DNA of 64,000 nt from Malacoraja senta (lineage: Eukaryota): assembly GCA_038087875.1 (NCBI GenBank), contig CM075997.1, positions 7,566,001 to 7,630,000 of the forward strand. Direction: 5' to 3'. How positions within the stretch are numbered: the first letter of the stretch is position 1; every line of letters starts with the position of its first letter. Shown here one piece after another: positions 1 through 12,373 of this stretch. Position numbers and translations under genes: made by a program. A model generated the notes under the pieces. That model searched no databases, had not been told where the DNA came from, and worked only from the letters and a program-made list of their open reading frames with translations.

Positions 1-529
1 TGGAGGTTGAATGCACAATTAGCGTGGTAAGATATTCCTCACTTCTCCATGGATCTTTGTGCTGGGAGCGGCGAACGGATTCACATCAAGACAAATCAGG
101 TTAATCACGCTTTTTAACGTGATGAGTTCATCAGATCTGTCAAATGGTTACCCATGGATAGGCTACCTGCACACATGTCCAATCATCTACAGTGGCTCAG
201 CATGAGGGAAATGTTGTCAATGGTGTCACTGGTGAAAATATTTCTGAGCAGTGTGCGACAGATCTGGGTAACTGGTTGTTATGTGAGATGTCCTGGGAAT
301 GGATGATTCAAATAAATTACCTGTGCGTGACGTCAGTGTAGACAGAGATGGGTCTGGATAAGCAGTGACATTATCAGTAATTAATCTCATCTGTAAGAGT
401 TCTCACTGCATCTTGCTATTCTACCAACGTTGGTGGGTGCAGACATATCTATTTGTTATTTTCATTACATTAGGCAGTGGGTAACTTTCTGTGCATAAGA
501 TGGAAAGAATAACACATAATGTGTCAATC

Positions 530-1050
530 CAAACACTCCTCACGCTCTCTCTCCCCCTCCTCCAATTCTAACCCCACGTACTCCTCTCCCGCTCTACCCC
601 CACTTCTCCGACCCTCTAACTACCCACCTCCTCCCCTCTCTCCACATTCCTCCCCACTCTCTCCCCACACGCCTCTCTGTCTTGCCGCACGCTTCCAATC
701 TCTCTCCCCACACACCTCCCCTCTCTCGCCGCACCCTCTCTCTCCACACTCTCCTCCCACTCTCCTTCCCCACACTCCTTCTTTCTACTCCCACACTCTC
801 CTCTCCTCCCATTCTCCCTATCCACACTGCTCCCATTCTCTCTCTCCACACACGATCCCTCTGCCCACACACGTCTCCCACTCTGCCCACACACGTCCCC
901 CCCTCTGCCCACACACCTACCCCTCACTCTCCCCACACTCCCCCTATCTCTCCCCATACTCCACCGCCCACTTTCTCCCCCTTCCCATTTCCACACCACT
1001 CCCCCTCCCTCTCCCCACACCCCCCCCTCTCCCCATTCCTCCCCCTCTTT
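530..1050. repeat. C/T-rich low-complexity tract (CTCTCCCCACAC-like units)
   Basis: Pyrimidine-rich simple repeat. The overlapping Pro/Ser/Leu/His-rich ORFs are compositional artefacts. Confidence 0.9.
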
Positions 1051-1062
1051 GCCTTTGTCAAA

Positions 1063-1759
1063 AGTAATAGGAGTTGAATTGGCCATTCGGCCTACAGAGA
1101 ATACTCCGCCATTCAATCATGGCTGATCGATCTCTCCCTCCTAACCCCATTCTCATGCCGTCTCCCCATAAACTCTCACACCTGTACTAATCAAAAATTT
1201 ATCTAGCTCTGTGTAAAAAAATATCCACTGACTTGTCCTCCACAGCCTTCAGTGGCAAATAATTCCACAGATTCACCACCCTCTGAGTAAATAAATGTCT
1301 CCTCATCTCCTTCCCAAATCAACGTCCTTTAATTCTGAGGCCATGACCAATAGTCCTAGACTCTCCCACTAATGGAAACATCCTATCTACATCCACTCTA
1401 TCCAAGTCTTTCACTATTCTGTATGTTTCAATGAGGTCTCCTCATTCTTCTAAACTCCAGCGAGTTCAGGCCCAGTGCTGACTGATCATAGGTTAACATA
1501 CTCATTCCTGGGATCATTCCAGTAAACCTCCTGTGGACCCTCCACAGAGCCAGCACATCCTTCCTCACATCTGGTGCCCAAAATTGCTCACAATATTCCA
1601 AATACGGCTTTATCAGTGCCATAGAGAGCCTCAATATTACATCCCTGTTTTTGGTTCCAAGCCCCCTTGAAATAAATGCTAGCAATGAGTTTGCTTTCTT
1701 TACTACCGGTTCGACTTGCAGATTAACCTTTTGGGAATACTGCATCAACACTCCCTCAT
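1063..1759 (-). mobile_element. CR1 LINE 3' fragment (continues at 10373-10577 beyond the nested insertion)
   Basis: ORF 1428..1763 reads VKKANSLLAFISRG...PYLEYCEQFWAP...LEFRRMR, the typical CR1 ORF2 C-terminus. It is contiguous in the paralog at 18330-19216. Confidence 0.85.
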
Positions 1760-2665
1760 ACAACGATACGATACGATAATAATTTATTGTCAGAGCAAGT
1801 CTGAAATTTGTTTTGCATCAATGAAGCTCCATTTACAGCATAACAAAAAATACAAGAGGGGCGAGAGAAGACACGCATCAAGTTATCAAGAAAGGTTCCA
1901 AAAACATCCACATTCGACAAGACATTACAATAGCAGAAGACCACATTATGTCCCGTCAGCGTACGTTTGATCTGGGGTTAAGCGCCGTGTATAGTTCAAG
2001 GATTGATTGGTGCACAAAATAGCCCCTCATTCTAACCTTATTCAATTTTGGAACCCTATATCTCCGGTTTGGTGGTAACAAATTGTACATACTGTTCAGA
2101 ACGTGGTTGGTGTTGTTATTGGGCATCCTTGATATGTTTTCAAGGTAGGGTGATAGATACAATTGTTGTAGTTGTTGACCTAAAATCTTTGAGCAAATTT
2201 TAATTTGTTGGAGCAGTTATGATTTAGAAGTGGCAGAGACTCCTGTACCATGTAGTGTTACAATACTGCAAAACACACATTATCACGGCAGTAAACAAAT
2301 AATAAAATGGTTTGTTTACTTGCTCCGAATGATCTTAATCGGCGGAGAAACCAGATTCTTTGTCTAGTCTTATTGCAAATCTTATCAGCGTGGTTATGCC
2401 GAGATAACTGATAGTCTATCGTTACCCCCAAGTATTTAAGTGAAGACACTTGCTTGACGTTTTCGTTATTGGTAACAAGTGAAACTTTATGAGAGTCAGA
2501 GAGTGAGCGAAATACAATATCTTCTGTTTTATATGTGTTAATCTCAAGGGCATTATTTTCAGTCCACTCGACCAGTTTGTTCACGCCGAGTTGGTGCAGC
2601 CCGGGGTTGTCTGAGTTACTCAACAGAGATAATAAAACTGTATCATCTGAGTACTTTAGAAGATA

Positions 2666-5164
2666 CTGTTGACCTGGAATACCTGATGTTAAAGTGCAGG
2701 CCCTTCTATTTGCCCAGAGAATTCACATCGACTGTTATCACGGCAGTCTATGTACCACCGGACGCTAATGCCAGGCTAGCAATGGAAGAGCTGCAAGCTG
2801 CTATCAGCAAACATCTTCAACCACTCCGACCTTAAAACTGTACTCCCCAGGTTCCATCAGCATGTTTCCTGCCCAACCAGAGGAAACAATATTCTGGACT
2901 TAGTTTACACTAATATTACTGAAGCCTACAAAGCCCTCCCCCTCCCCCACCTTGGTCAGTCTGACCACCTCTCTCTGTTCCTGCTCCCCAAATACACACC
3001 TCTGATCAGACGTGTGAAACCTACCACGAGGACAGTGAAGGTCTGGCCTGAGGGGGCTGTCTCTGTTTTACAGCAGCAGTTTCAGCAGACAGACTGGAGT
3101 CTGTTTGCTACTCAGTCCACCTTCAATTCACAAGTGGACATCAACTCATACACCTCAACAGTTATGGACTATATAAAATTCTGCACCGATAATGTCACTA
3201 CCCACAAAGAAATAAAGACCTTCCCTAACCAGAAGCCGTGGATGAGCAGGGAGGTCAGACTCCTACTGAAGGCTCGCGATGCCGCTTTCAGATCTGGCGA
3301 CGCTGAGGGATACAGCTCATCCAGGGCCAATATGAAAATGGGAATTAGGAATGCCAAACTCAATCACAAACGGCGGATTGAGGAGCACTTCCAAAACAAC
3401 TCTGACCCCAGGCGCATGTGGCAAGGAATCAAATCCCTTGCCGATTACCAGAAAGTTAACACCCCTCCCCCAGACAACACCACCCTTCCTGATGAACTAA
3501 ACCATTTCTATGCTCGCTTTGACCGGGATAACAAAACCCCAGCCATCAAAGTTGCCCCCCCCCCCAAATGAACAACCCCTCAGTCTCTCCACCTCTGCTG
3601 TACAAGATGCACTGAGCAAGATGAATGAGCGCAAAGCTGCCGGCCCCGATGGCATCCCTGGCCGGGTGCTTAGGGCATGTGCTGGACAACTATCCCCAGT
3701 CTTTACCGACATTTTCAATCTCTCACTGGCCCAGGGTGTTGTCCCCACTTGCCTCAAGACATCAACCATCGTGCCAGTGCCCAAACAGTCAGCCTCAGGG
3801 AGCCTCAACGATTTCCGCCCAGTGGCACTCACCCCTGTCATTGCTAAGTGCTTTGAGCGGCTGATCTTGGCTCACCTCAAAGCCAGCCTCCCCCCCACAC
3901 TGGACCCCCATCAGTTTGCCTACCGGGCCAACAGGTCTACAGAGGACGCCATATCGGCGGCCCTACACTCTGCCCTGACCCACCTGGACAACAACAACTC
4001 CTACATCAGGTTGCTGTTCATTGATTTCAGCTCCGCTTTTAATACTGTCATCCCCGCCAGCTTGATCACCAAACTCAGCGGGCTTGGCATCTCCACCTCC
4101 CTCTGCAACTGGACACTGGATTTCCTCACCAACAGACCACAGTCTGTTAGGGTCAACAACCTCACCTCCTCCACTATAACACTGAACACCGGTGTGCCAC
4201 AAGGCTGTGTGCTCAGCCCTCTCCTCTACTCCCTCTTCACCCACGACTGCATCCCTAAGTACGGATCCAACGCCATCATTAAGTTTGCTGACGACACCAC
4301 GGTGGTAGGACTGATCAGTGACAACGATGAGTCAGCCTACAGAGAGGAGGTCCAGCACCTGACAACCTGGTGTGCCAACAATAACCTCGTCCTCAACTCC
4401 AAGAAGACGAAGGAAATTATTGTCCACTTCAGGAAGGTCAGTGGGGGCAGACATACCCCCATCCACATAAACGGGACTGAGGTGGAGCGCGTCTCCAGCT
4501 ACAAATTCCTCGGGGTACACATCTCGGAGGATTTGTCCTGGTCCCTCAACACCTCCAAGCTGATCAAAAAGGCACAGCAGCGCCTTTACTTCCTGAGGAG
4601 CCTCAAGAAAGCCCACCTGTCCCCCCGGATCCTGATCAACTTCTACCGGTGTACCATCGAGAGTATCCTGACCACCTGCTTCACGGTATGGTACAGCAGC
4701 TGCACTGTTGCGGACAGGAAGGCACTACAACGGGTGGTGAAAACCGCGCAGCACATCATCGGTGCCCCGCTCCCTGCCATGGATGCCCTCCACCGAAAAC
4801 GGTGTCTGAAACGGGCTGGGAAGATCATTAAAGACCCCTCCCACCCCAACCATGGACTGTTTGCCCTCCTCCCATCAGGGAGGCGGTACAGGAGCCTCAG
4901 GTCTCGTACCAGTAGGATGAGGAACAGCTTCTACAATCATACCGTCGCATTGCTGAACTCGGAGTCCCGCCGATAGATTCCTCCGGTCCCTCCGTCCCCA
5001 TTGTTTATTATTCTGTATTTTTTTTATTATTCTGTATCCTCTTTTTAAAAAAAAAATTCTATATTGCTATACTACTACGGACTGACGCAAAACTGCATTT
5101 CGTTGTACCCATACCCAGTATTTGTGCAATGACATTAAAGTTGAATTGAATTGAATTGAATTGA
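2666..5164 (+). mobile_element. Rex1/Babar LINE, 5'-truncated, with largely intact RT
   Basis: APE fragment LEYLMLKCRPFYLPREF, then FPNQKPW, then RT with [10 protein letters not shown] and KFADDTT. Ends in a (TTGAA)n tail. It splits the host LINE reading frame PNHY|LLKYSDD. Confidence 0.92.
3014..4976 (+). pseudogene. Rex1/Babar reverse transcriptase ORF with a frameshift at the poly-C run ~3555-3566
   Basis: ORF 3014..3571 joins ORF 3510..4976 across a homopolymer. RT motifs DFSSAF, PQG and FADD are intact. Confidence 0.85.
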
Positions 5165-5604
5165 ATAATGATTCGGTGTATCTGTACGACAATTATCAAT
5201 GTAAAAGATAAACAGCATAGCTGAACTCACACAACCCTGGGGGGGGCCCGACGTTGCTTGTGATGGCTGATGAAAGGTTTTATTCACCTTTACAATCTGT
5301 ACTCTGTTAGTGAGAAAGGAAGCATGCCAATGAATCAGATAGAGACTCAGTTCCTGCTGGACCATTTTTGACCCCAAAATGTCTGATTGATTTGTGTTGA
5401 AAGCTGACGAAAATCTAGAAAGAGGGCTGTTGCATAGGTGTTGGGTTTATCTAAATGTTTGGAAATAAGATGAACTAAGGAGCCAACAGCATCTTCCGTG
5501 CCACAGCCCTGCTTATAGGCAAATTGATATGGGTCTAGTTTATTTTTTGTTGAGCTGATGAAATGTCGGAGCAAAATTATTTCGAGAGATTTCATAATCA
5601 CCGA

Positions 5605-5807
5605 TGTAAATAGTCATTACACACGTGTGACATCATAATAGACTTTAATAAGTATAGAGAGTTAAACAATACATGGGTAGTCACTGACTCCAGTCTGCTA
5701 CTGTACTGCGCAGAAGGAGAAGCAGGCGTTATTATAAATGATACTTAAGGCGGGGTTAGTAGTGGTGAGGTAGCTATGTGATTGGTTGCATGCATAAACC
5801 ATCTAGA
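5605..5807 (-). repeat. Gypsy 3' LTR
   Basis: Direct repeat of 10093-10287 next to the PPT. The internal terminus has mutated (TCTAGA versus TCTACA). Confidence 0.95.
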
Positions 5808-5859
5808 TCCTTCCCCTTAGAAGATTAAACATGAACACATGATTAAACATGGTGGATAA

Positions 5860-8800
5860 CTATGGCATCGACTTAAGCAAAATCACCATACCGAACAGGC
5901 GGCTTGCAGACACGGCCCGCGCGCGTACGGACCAACCCTTCCCCCACCTCACCAGAAAGACCCATACCGGAGGCGACGAAGCCGGAGGGGAAACAGAAAG
6001 CGGCAAGGGGGACAAACGTGCAGGAGGGCTAGGAAAACGGTTAGCAATGGGTGACCCACGCGAAGGTGAACAAAACACGCGAGGGGACTGAGGCATGCAG
6101 GGGCCGGCAACGGGATCAGCAGCGGATGGCTGGAACTGCAGCGGCGGAGCGTAAGGTCCGGCTGCCTGGGGGAGCGGCTCCTGTACTGCAAGCAGGTGCT
6201 GACGACTCCTGCGGTAGACAGTCCCTTCAAAGTCCACAAGGTACGAACGAGGCGCATCGGCAATGCCAACCACGGTGGCCAGATGGGAATATCCGCTAGC
6301 AGTATGTAGACGAACGGCCTGTCCAGGCAGCAGAGGCTTGAGAGGCTTGCACGATCTATCATGTGACCGTCTTTGGATGTCATGCTTAGCCTGAATGCGC
6401 GTCTGGACAGAGGCAGCCTCCAGCACTCGAGGCAGCAGCTTGCGTTGAGCAATCGGAATCGGTGGTCTCGTTGTTCTGGACATCAGCCGCTGAGCAGGTG
6501 AGCCTAGGGTTGCGTCCCTTGAAATGTTCCTTAGGTTCAGGAGGTCGAGGTAAAAGTCGGAATTCTCCAGGCGCGCTTGCTCCATTAGTAGTTTGGCACT
6601 CCGGACAGCCCGCTCAGCAAGCCCGTTACTCTGCGGGTACTCAGGGCTGCTCGTGAAGTGGAGGAAGTTCCACTTGTTGGCAAAGTTCTTGAACTTCTGG
6701 CTGCTAAACTGCCTGCCGTTGTCGGTCTGCAGACGGACAGGCGAGCCGAAAGTGGAAACATGTTTCCTCAGCTTACGGATGACCATCTTGGACGTGAGGG
6801 AGGTCAGAAGGTCAACCTCGAACCAGTTCGAGTATGAGTCAGCAAGGACGAGGTAGTGTTTACCACGCCACTCGAAAATGTCGGCGGCCTCCGAGGTCCA
6901 GGCCAGGGCAGGCGCGGGTTGTTGCAAAAGGGGCTGCCTTTGCTGGTGGGACGCAAGGGTGTTGCACGTAGAGCAAGACGACACACGGTCCCGAATGTAC
7001 TTAGCCATTCCAGGCCAGTGGAATTGGCACTGTGCGTGGGCGATCGTGGCATCAACGCCCGGGTGCCCGCTGTGGGACACGCTATAGTACTTGTCATACA
7101 GGGAGGAGGGGACCACGACCTTGTGGCCCTTAACAATAACGCCGTCTTGGATGACCAGTTCGTCGCGAACCAGGAAAAAAGGCTGTGTCTCTGCGGGCGC
7201 ACTGGCGCGCTTGCTCGGACAACTAATTTTTTATCACTGAAGAAAGTCGCTGCAGAGCGGGGTCGGCGACAGTATGCTCGGCTAGGCACTGAATCTGCTT
7301 AGTGGGGACAAAGTCAACGCCGAGCACCAGAAGGTCTTCCCGTTCGTAGGGGTGTTGATCACAGGTGGCGCGAGGGGCGCGAGAGAGGGTGTCCGCAACG
7401 TGCATATCAGTACCCTTTTTGTAGACAATGGTGAAGTCGAAACGATGGAGCTGCATCATCATACGTTGCAGCCTGGCAGGTGCGACATGGATCGGCTTAC
7501 ACAGGATGGTCACCAATGGCTGGTGGTCAGTCTCAACCGTGAAAGAATTCCCGAAAAGAAAGTCCTTGAACTTAGAGCAGGCGAAAAGGACGGCGAGCAG
7601 CTCCTTTTCGATCTGTGCATAGCGTTGTTCTGTGTCGGTCATGGTACGGGAGGCATAGGAGACAGGGAGCAGGGAGCCATCTGCAGAGGACTGTAGGCAG
7701 GCTGCACCGAGCCCGAATCGCGAGGCATCACAGGTGACGGTGATGGGGCGCTTCAGGTCGAAAAAAGTCAGAGTAGGGTGCTGACCAGCTTAGACTTTAA
7801 TGCATCGAAAGCCTGCTGGTGCTGCGGGAACCAGGCCCAGGCGGTGTCTTTTCTAGTCAGTTGTCGCAAGGACGATCTCAGTTCGCTGAGGTTGGGAATA
7901 CATTTCCCAAGATAGTCCACCATGCCCAGGAAGCGCTGTAGACTGAGCACATCGGTGGGGGCAGGCATCTCAGTGATAGCGGCAGCTTTCAAAGGATCAG
8001 GCTTGAGTCCGGCAGGAGTGAACACATGGCCAACGTAAGTGACCTCGGATACCCGGAATCTGCACTTCTGGGGGTTGAGTTTGAGGTTTATCTGTCGTGC
8101 CCGCTCCAGGACACGCCGTAGGTTCTGGTCGTGCTCCACCGCGTATTTCCCGTAGACCAGGATGTCATCAACGATTATGGCGCACGGCAGGCCAGCGAAC
8201 GGCTGTTCCATGGTCCTCTGGAACATCTCGCTGGCAGAGTTGATGTCGAATGGCATTCGCAGGAACTTGAATCTGCCGAACGGCGTAGAGAACGTGGTCA
8301 GATCCGAAGACCCCTTGTCCAGTGGTATCTGCCAAAACGAGCTTTTTGCGTCGAGGACAGAGAAGACGGTGGCCTGTCCGACCTGGGCTGCAACATCCTC
8401 AACTGTCCTCATGGGGTAGTGGGGGCGCCTGATGGCATGGTTCGTCTTTAGGGTTGATACACACACGAATTTCATTCTTGTCCTTTTTTAACATGGCAAC
8501 CATGGTGGACACCCACCCGTTGGGCTCACTGACCGCCTCTAGCAACCCCATGGTGACCATGTCGTTCAACATGGACTCGACTTTGTCCTTCATGGCGTGA
8601 GACACTCTGTGCCGAGCACGAATTACAGGTGACACCTTTGGATCAGTAGCAATTTTGTAGGTAATAGGCAGCTTGCCCGGTTCATCATTAAACATGTCTG
8701 GGTATTCCTTTACCGGGTCTACCGATATCATCACCTTGTGGACCGTTCTGTCAAACGACACCAGGCCCAGATCCTGGCATGCCTGGTTGCCCAGCAGAGT

Positions 8801-10012
8801 CACACAGTCAGAGTTCAAAACATAAAAAGTCAAGGCACTCGTTGTATTTTTCAGCACACAAGTGAAAGTAGCTTTTCCCAGCGGTCTCAGCATCTCGCCT
8901 CCATAGGCGTGCATAGTGGAACGGTCTGCAATCATTAGCTCATTATTCCTTATCTTTTTAAAAAGGCTTATTGACATTACATTCACTTTTGCCCCAGTGT
9001 CGAGCTTAGCGTGAAAGCTGGAATTGTTGACAGTTATCAGAACAGTTGGATCGGGTAGCCGGCCAGGTGCGTGAAGGAGTGAATGCACACTCGCCTCCCC
9101 TTGCGAAATAATTGGATCGTCAGCGTGGGCAGCGTCGAGCAAGGACAGAGAACCATGCATGTTATCAGCTTGTATCAGCATGTTTAGGTTAGGTCTGGAA
9201 GCTCGTGGCACCTTCCCACGATAACGACAGGCAGCAGAGATATGGTTTAATTTCTTGCAATAGTTGCAGGCTTTACCGAAGGCAGGGCATGGCGACTGCC
9301 TGTGATGCATGTAGTTACAGTTCGGGCATTTGGGGGTTTCACCGCCAGATGCGGGGCCGGGCCGAGGCACAAATTGAGTGTTATCAGATCGAGGTCGCGG
9401 TCTATTGAACCCAGTCAGGTTGATAGATTTAGTGGCCGAATCACGCTGACTGTCTGGCGGATCAATGGCCTCAGCCATTCTGCAGGCGTGCATGGCTTCA
9501 TTTAAAGTAAGATCGGGTCTGCGGAGGAGCTCTGATCTCAGTTTCTGATCGAGTATCCCTGTCACCAAAATGTCTCTAGTTAGCTGGTCTGTCATAGCTT
9601 CGAACCTGCACCTCTGGGCTAGGTAACGTAAATCAGCGATGAAGCGCTCAACAGGCTCACCGGGCAACTGCTTGCGAGTAAAGAATCGCGCCCTTTCTAA
9701 AATACGATTAGAGGGCAGGTCACAAATCTCCCCGAACTTGCGTAGCAGGACATGCGGGTCTTCCGCTGTTTCCATGGGTACCAGTATCTGATTGTTGGCA
9801 CCCAGGACCGCTGGGGCATAATTGAAGGTCCTGGCTCTTCTCATGGCGTCGGGGCCGGCAAGGTTGAGAAGAAGCGAGGTTTTGACATCATCGGGCTCGT
9901 TCCGATGAGCAATACTCATTTAGTGGCGGTAGTCCAGTTCGAAAGTAGCCCAGCGCTCCGCGATGTCCGAATCGAAGACGAGCTGAGCAGGCTTTCGGCA
10001 AGAGGACGCCAT
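5860..10012 (-). pseudogene. Gypsy gag-pol polyprotein with stops and frameshifts
   Basis: Starts MASSCRKP at 10012 with a premature stop at ~9920. Zn knuckle CNYCKKLNH...C; protease LDTGA; RT IIVDDILVYG; RNase H YAQIEKELLA; integrase HSGH...CSTC and TDNG...NGLAERAVR. Confidence 0.92.
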
Positions 10013-10092
10013 TGTCAAAATGTAAATAAAAACTTAGCAAAAGAAATAAAAACCGATAAACAGGAGACGCGAGTAGTCACTGTCTGACACCA

Positions 10093-10287
10093 TGTAAATA
10101 GTCATTACACACGTGTGACATTATAATAGTCTATAACAGAGTTAAACAATACATGACTAGTCACTGACTCCATTCTGCTACTGTACTGCGCAGAAGGAGA
10201 AGCAGGCGTTATTATAAATAATACTTAAGGCGGGGTTAGTAGTGGTGAGGTAGCTATTTGATTGGTTGCATGCATAAACCATCTACA
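10093..10287 (-). repeat. Gypsy 5' LTR
   Basis: TGT...ACA termini, followed on the minus strand by a PBS complementary to the 3' end of tRNA-Leu. Confidence 0.95.
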
Positions 10288-10577
10288 ACCGATGTAAGGG
10301 CTATGGGTCTGAAATCCTTATATTCTTTTGGACGTATTCTTGGGCAAAGATTTTATATGCAATGTTTTTTGCGTCCATTTGCATCTCCGATTTCTGGATT
10401 CTCTCCACATTTTAAAAATAGTCTATGTCTTAATTTCTACTAGCAAAGTGCACGACTCCACACTTTGCTGCACTATATTACATCGGCCACTTCTCTGCTC
10501 ACTCTCCCCACCTGTCCAAGTCCTTATGCAGAGTCCCTACTTTCTCTACCCTACCTGCCCTTCCACCTATTTTCGTA

Positions 10578-11815
10578 TCATAGAGTCATAGAGTCTTAGA
10601 CTGATACAGTGTGGAAACAGGCCCTTCGGCCCAACTTGCCCACATCGGCCAACATGACCCAGCTGCGATCCCAACACATCACCCTGCGATTGATCCATAT
10701 CCCTCCAAACCTGTCCTATCCATGTAGGTGTCTAACTGTTCCTTAAACGTTGCGATAGTCCCAGCCTCAACTCCCTCATCTGGCAGCGCGTTCCATACAC
10801 CCACCACGTTTTGTGTGAAAAAATTACCCCTCAGACCCCTGTAAAATGTGTTCCCCTTCACCTTGAACCTGTGTCCTCTGGTACTCAATTCCCCGACTGG
10901 GCAAGAGACTGAGCAACTACCCGATCTATTCCACTCATGATTGTGTACTCCTCTATAAGATCACCACTCATCCTCCTGTGCTCCAAGGAACAGAGACCTA
11001 GCCTACACAACCTCTTCCATAGCTCACACACTCTAGTCCTGGCAGCGTGCTCGTAAATATTCTCTGAACCATTTAAAACTTGACAATATCTTTCCAATAA
11101 CATGTTGCCCGGAATTGAACACAATATTCTAAATAAGGTCTCACCTAGGTCTTATAAAACTGCAAAATGACCTCCCAACTTCTAAACTCTCTACTCTGAC
11201 TGATGAAGGCCAAAGTTGCAAAAGCTTTTTTGTCCACCTTACCTGCCTGCGACTCGATCTTCAAGGAACCATTCACCTGCACTCGTAGATTACTCCGATC
11301 TACAACACTCCCCAGAGGCCTAGCATTCAATGTGTAGGTTCGGCCCTTATTAAACCTCCGAAAATGCAACACCTCAAACTCCATCAACCATTCCCATTTG
11401 ACCACCTGGTCAATCATTCCAGATCCTGCTGCAAACTTTCACAACCATCTTCACTATCTGTAAAAACCACCTACTTCTGTATTAACAGCAAACTTGCAAA
11501 TCTTGCCTTGTATGTTCTCATCCAAATCATCGATGTCGATGACAAACAGTAACGGGCCCAGCACCGAACCCTGAAGCACACCACTAGATATAGGCCTCCA
11601 GTACGAGAAGCAACCTTACACCATCACCCTCTGCTTCCTTCTATGGAGCAAATTTGCTATCCGCAAACTTGGGCACAGAGCCTTCAATCCCCTCGTCCAA
11701 ATCATTGATACACAACGTGAAGAGTAGCGACCCCAACACCGACCCCTTAAGAACTGCGCTAGTCACTGGCAGCTAACCAGAAAACGCCCCCTATATTGCC
11801 ATTCAATCTCACCGC
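10578..11815 (-). mobile_element. CR1 LINE fragment(s) with (GACTCTAT)n tail
   Basis: TRGHRFKVKG...FFTQNVVGVWNALP and LCSLEHRRMSGDLIE motifs. Paralog at 21481-22740. Confidence 0.85.
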
Positions 11816-12033
11816 AGGTTACCACCTCACTCCACACTGCTCCACTATCCCCCCCCCACTCCTTCATCTCTCCCCGCCATTTATCTTCCTCCTCTTCCTG
11901 TCTCCCATCCACAAGCCTTTCCCCTCCCCACTCCCCCCCTCTACCCCACACCTCCCGCTCTCTCACACACTCCTCCGTCATTCTCTCCCCCCCCAACACT
12001 GACCCTCTCTCTCTCCGCAACCCGCCTTTCTCT

Positions 12034-12373
12034 AATAATAATAATAATGGATGGGATTTATATAGCGCCTTTCTAATACTCAAGGTGCTTTACATCGCAT
12101 TATTCATTCACTCCTCAGTCACACTCGGTGGTGGTGAGCTACTTCTGTAGCCACAGCTGCCCCTGGGCAGACTGACGGAAGCGTGGCTGCTAATCTGCGC
12201 CTACGGCCCCTCCGACCACCATCAATCACTCACACACATTCACACACATTCACATACATTCGCACGCAGGCAAAGGTGGGTGAAGTGTCTTGCCCAAGGA
12301 CACAACGACAGTATGCACTCCAAGCGGGATTCGAACCGGCTACCTTCCGGTTGCCAGCCGAACACTTAGCCCA
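12034..12373 (-). mobile_element. tRNA-derived CORE-type (AFC-like) SINE, slightly 5'-truncated
   Basis: B box GGTTCGAATCC, core GTGTCCTTGGGCAAGACACTTCACC and (ATT)n tail on the minus strand. Candidate TSD TTTCTCT at 12027-12033 and 12374-12380. Absent from the paralogous site near 22995. Confidence 0.88.

Larger units (their letters stand above)
5605..10287 (-). mobile_element. Full-length, decayed Gypsy LTR retrotransposon (Mag/K02A2.6-like)
   Basis: LTRs at 10093-10287 and 5605-5807. 5-bp TSD ACCGA at 5600-5604 and 10288-10292. PBS TGGTGTCAGA at 10083-10092 (minus). PPT AAGGGGAAGGA at 5808-5818. Domain order gag, PR, RT, RH, IN. Confidence 0.97.
1760..10372 (-). mobile_element. Decayed, 5'-truncated Rex1/Babar-like LINE hosting two nested insertions
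   Basis: RT fragments: DFRPIALTSVIMKSLE split at 5600/10292; LDPYQFAYK...ALFLDF; GPPQGCVSS; KYSDDT; KYLGVTID...RQRIWFLRRLRSF. AATAAA and a (TATCG)n tail lie near 1760-1790 on the minus strand. Confidence 0.8.

Noticed and set aside
321..390. Possible immunoglobulin/TCR leader exon next to a CRE-like motif
   Set aside because: The peptide is not hydrophobic, the paralog has a stop in that frame, the polypyrimidine tract is weak, and I found no V domain or RSS.
519..1116. Long overlapping ORFs rich in Pro/Ser/Leu or Gly/Glu/Arg (also 17777-18417 and 22724-24205)
   Set aside because: They arise from stop-poor C/T low-complexity sequence and show no domain signal.
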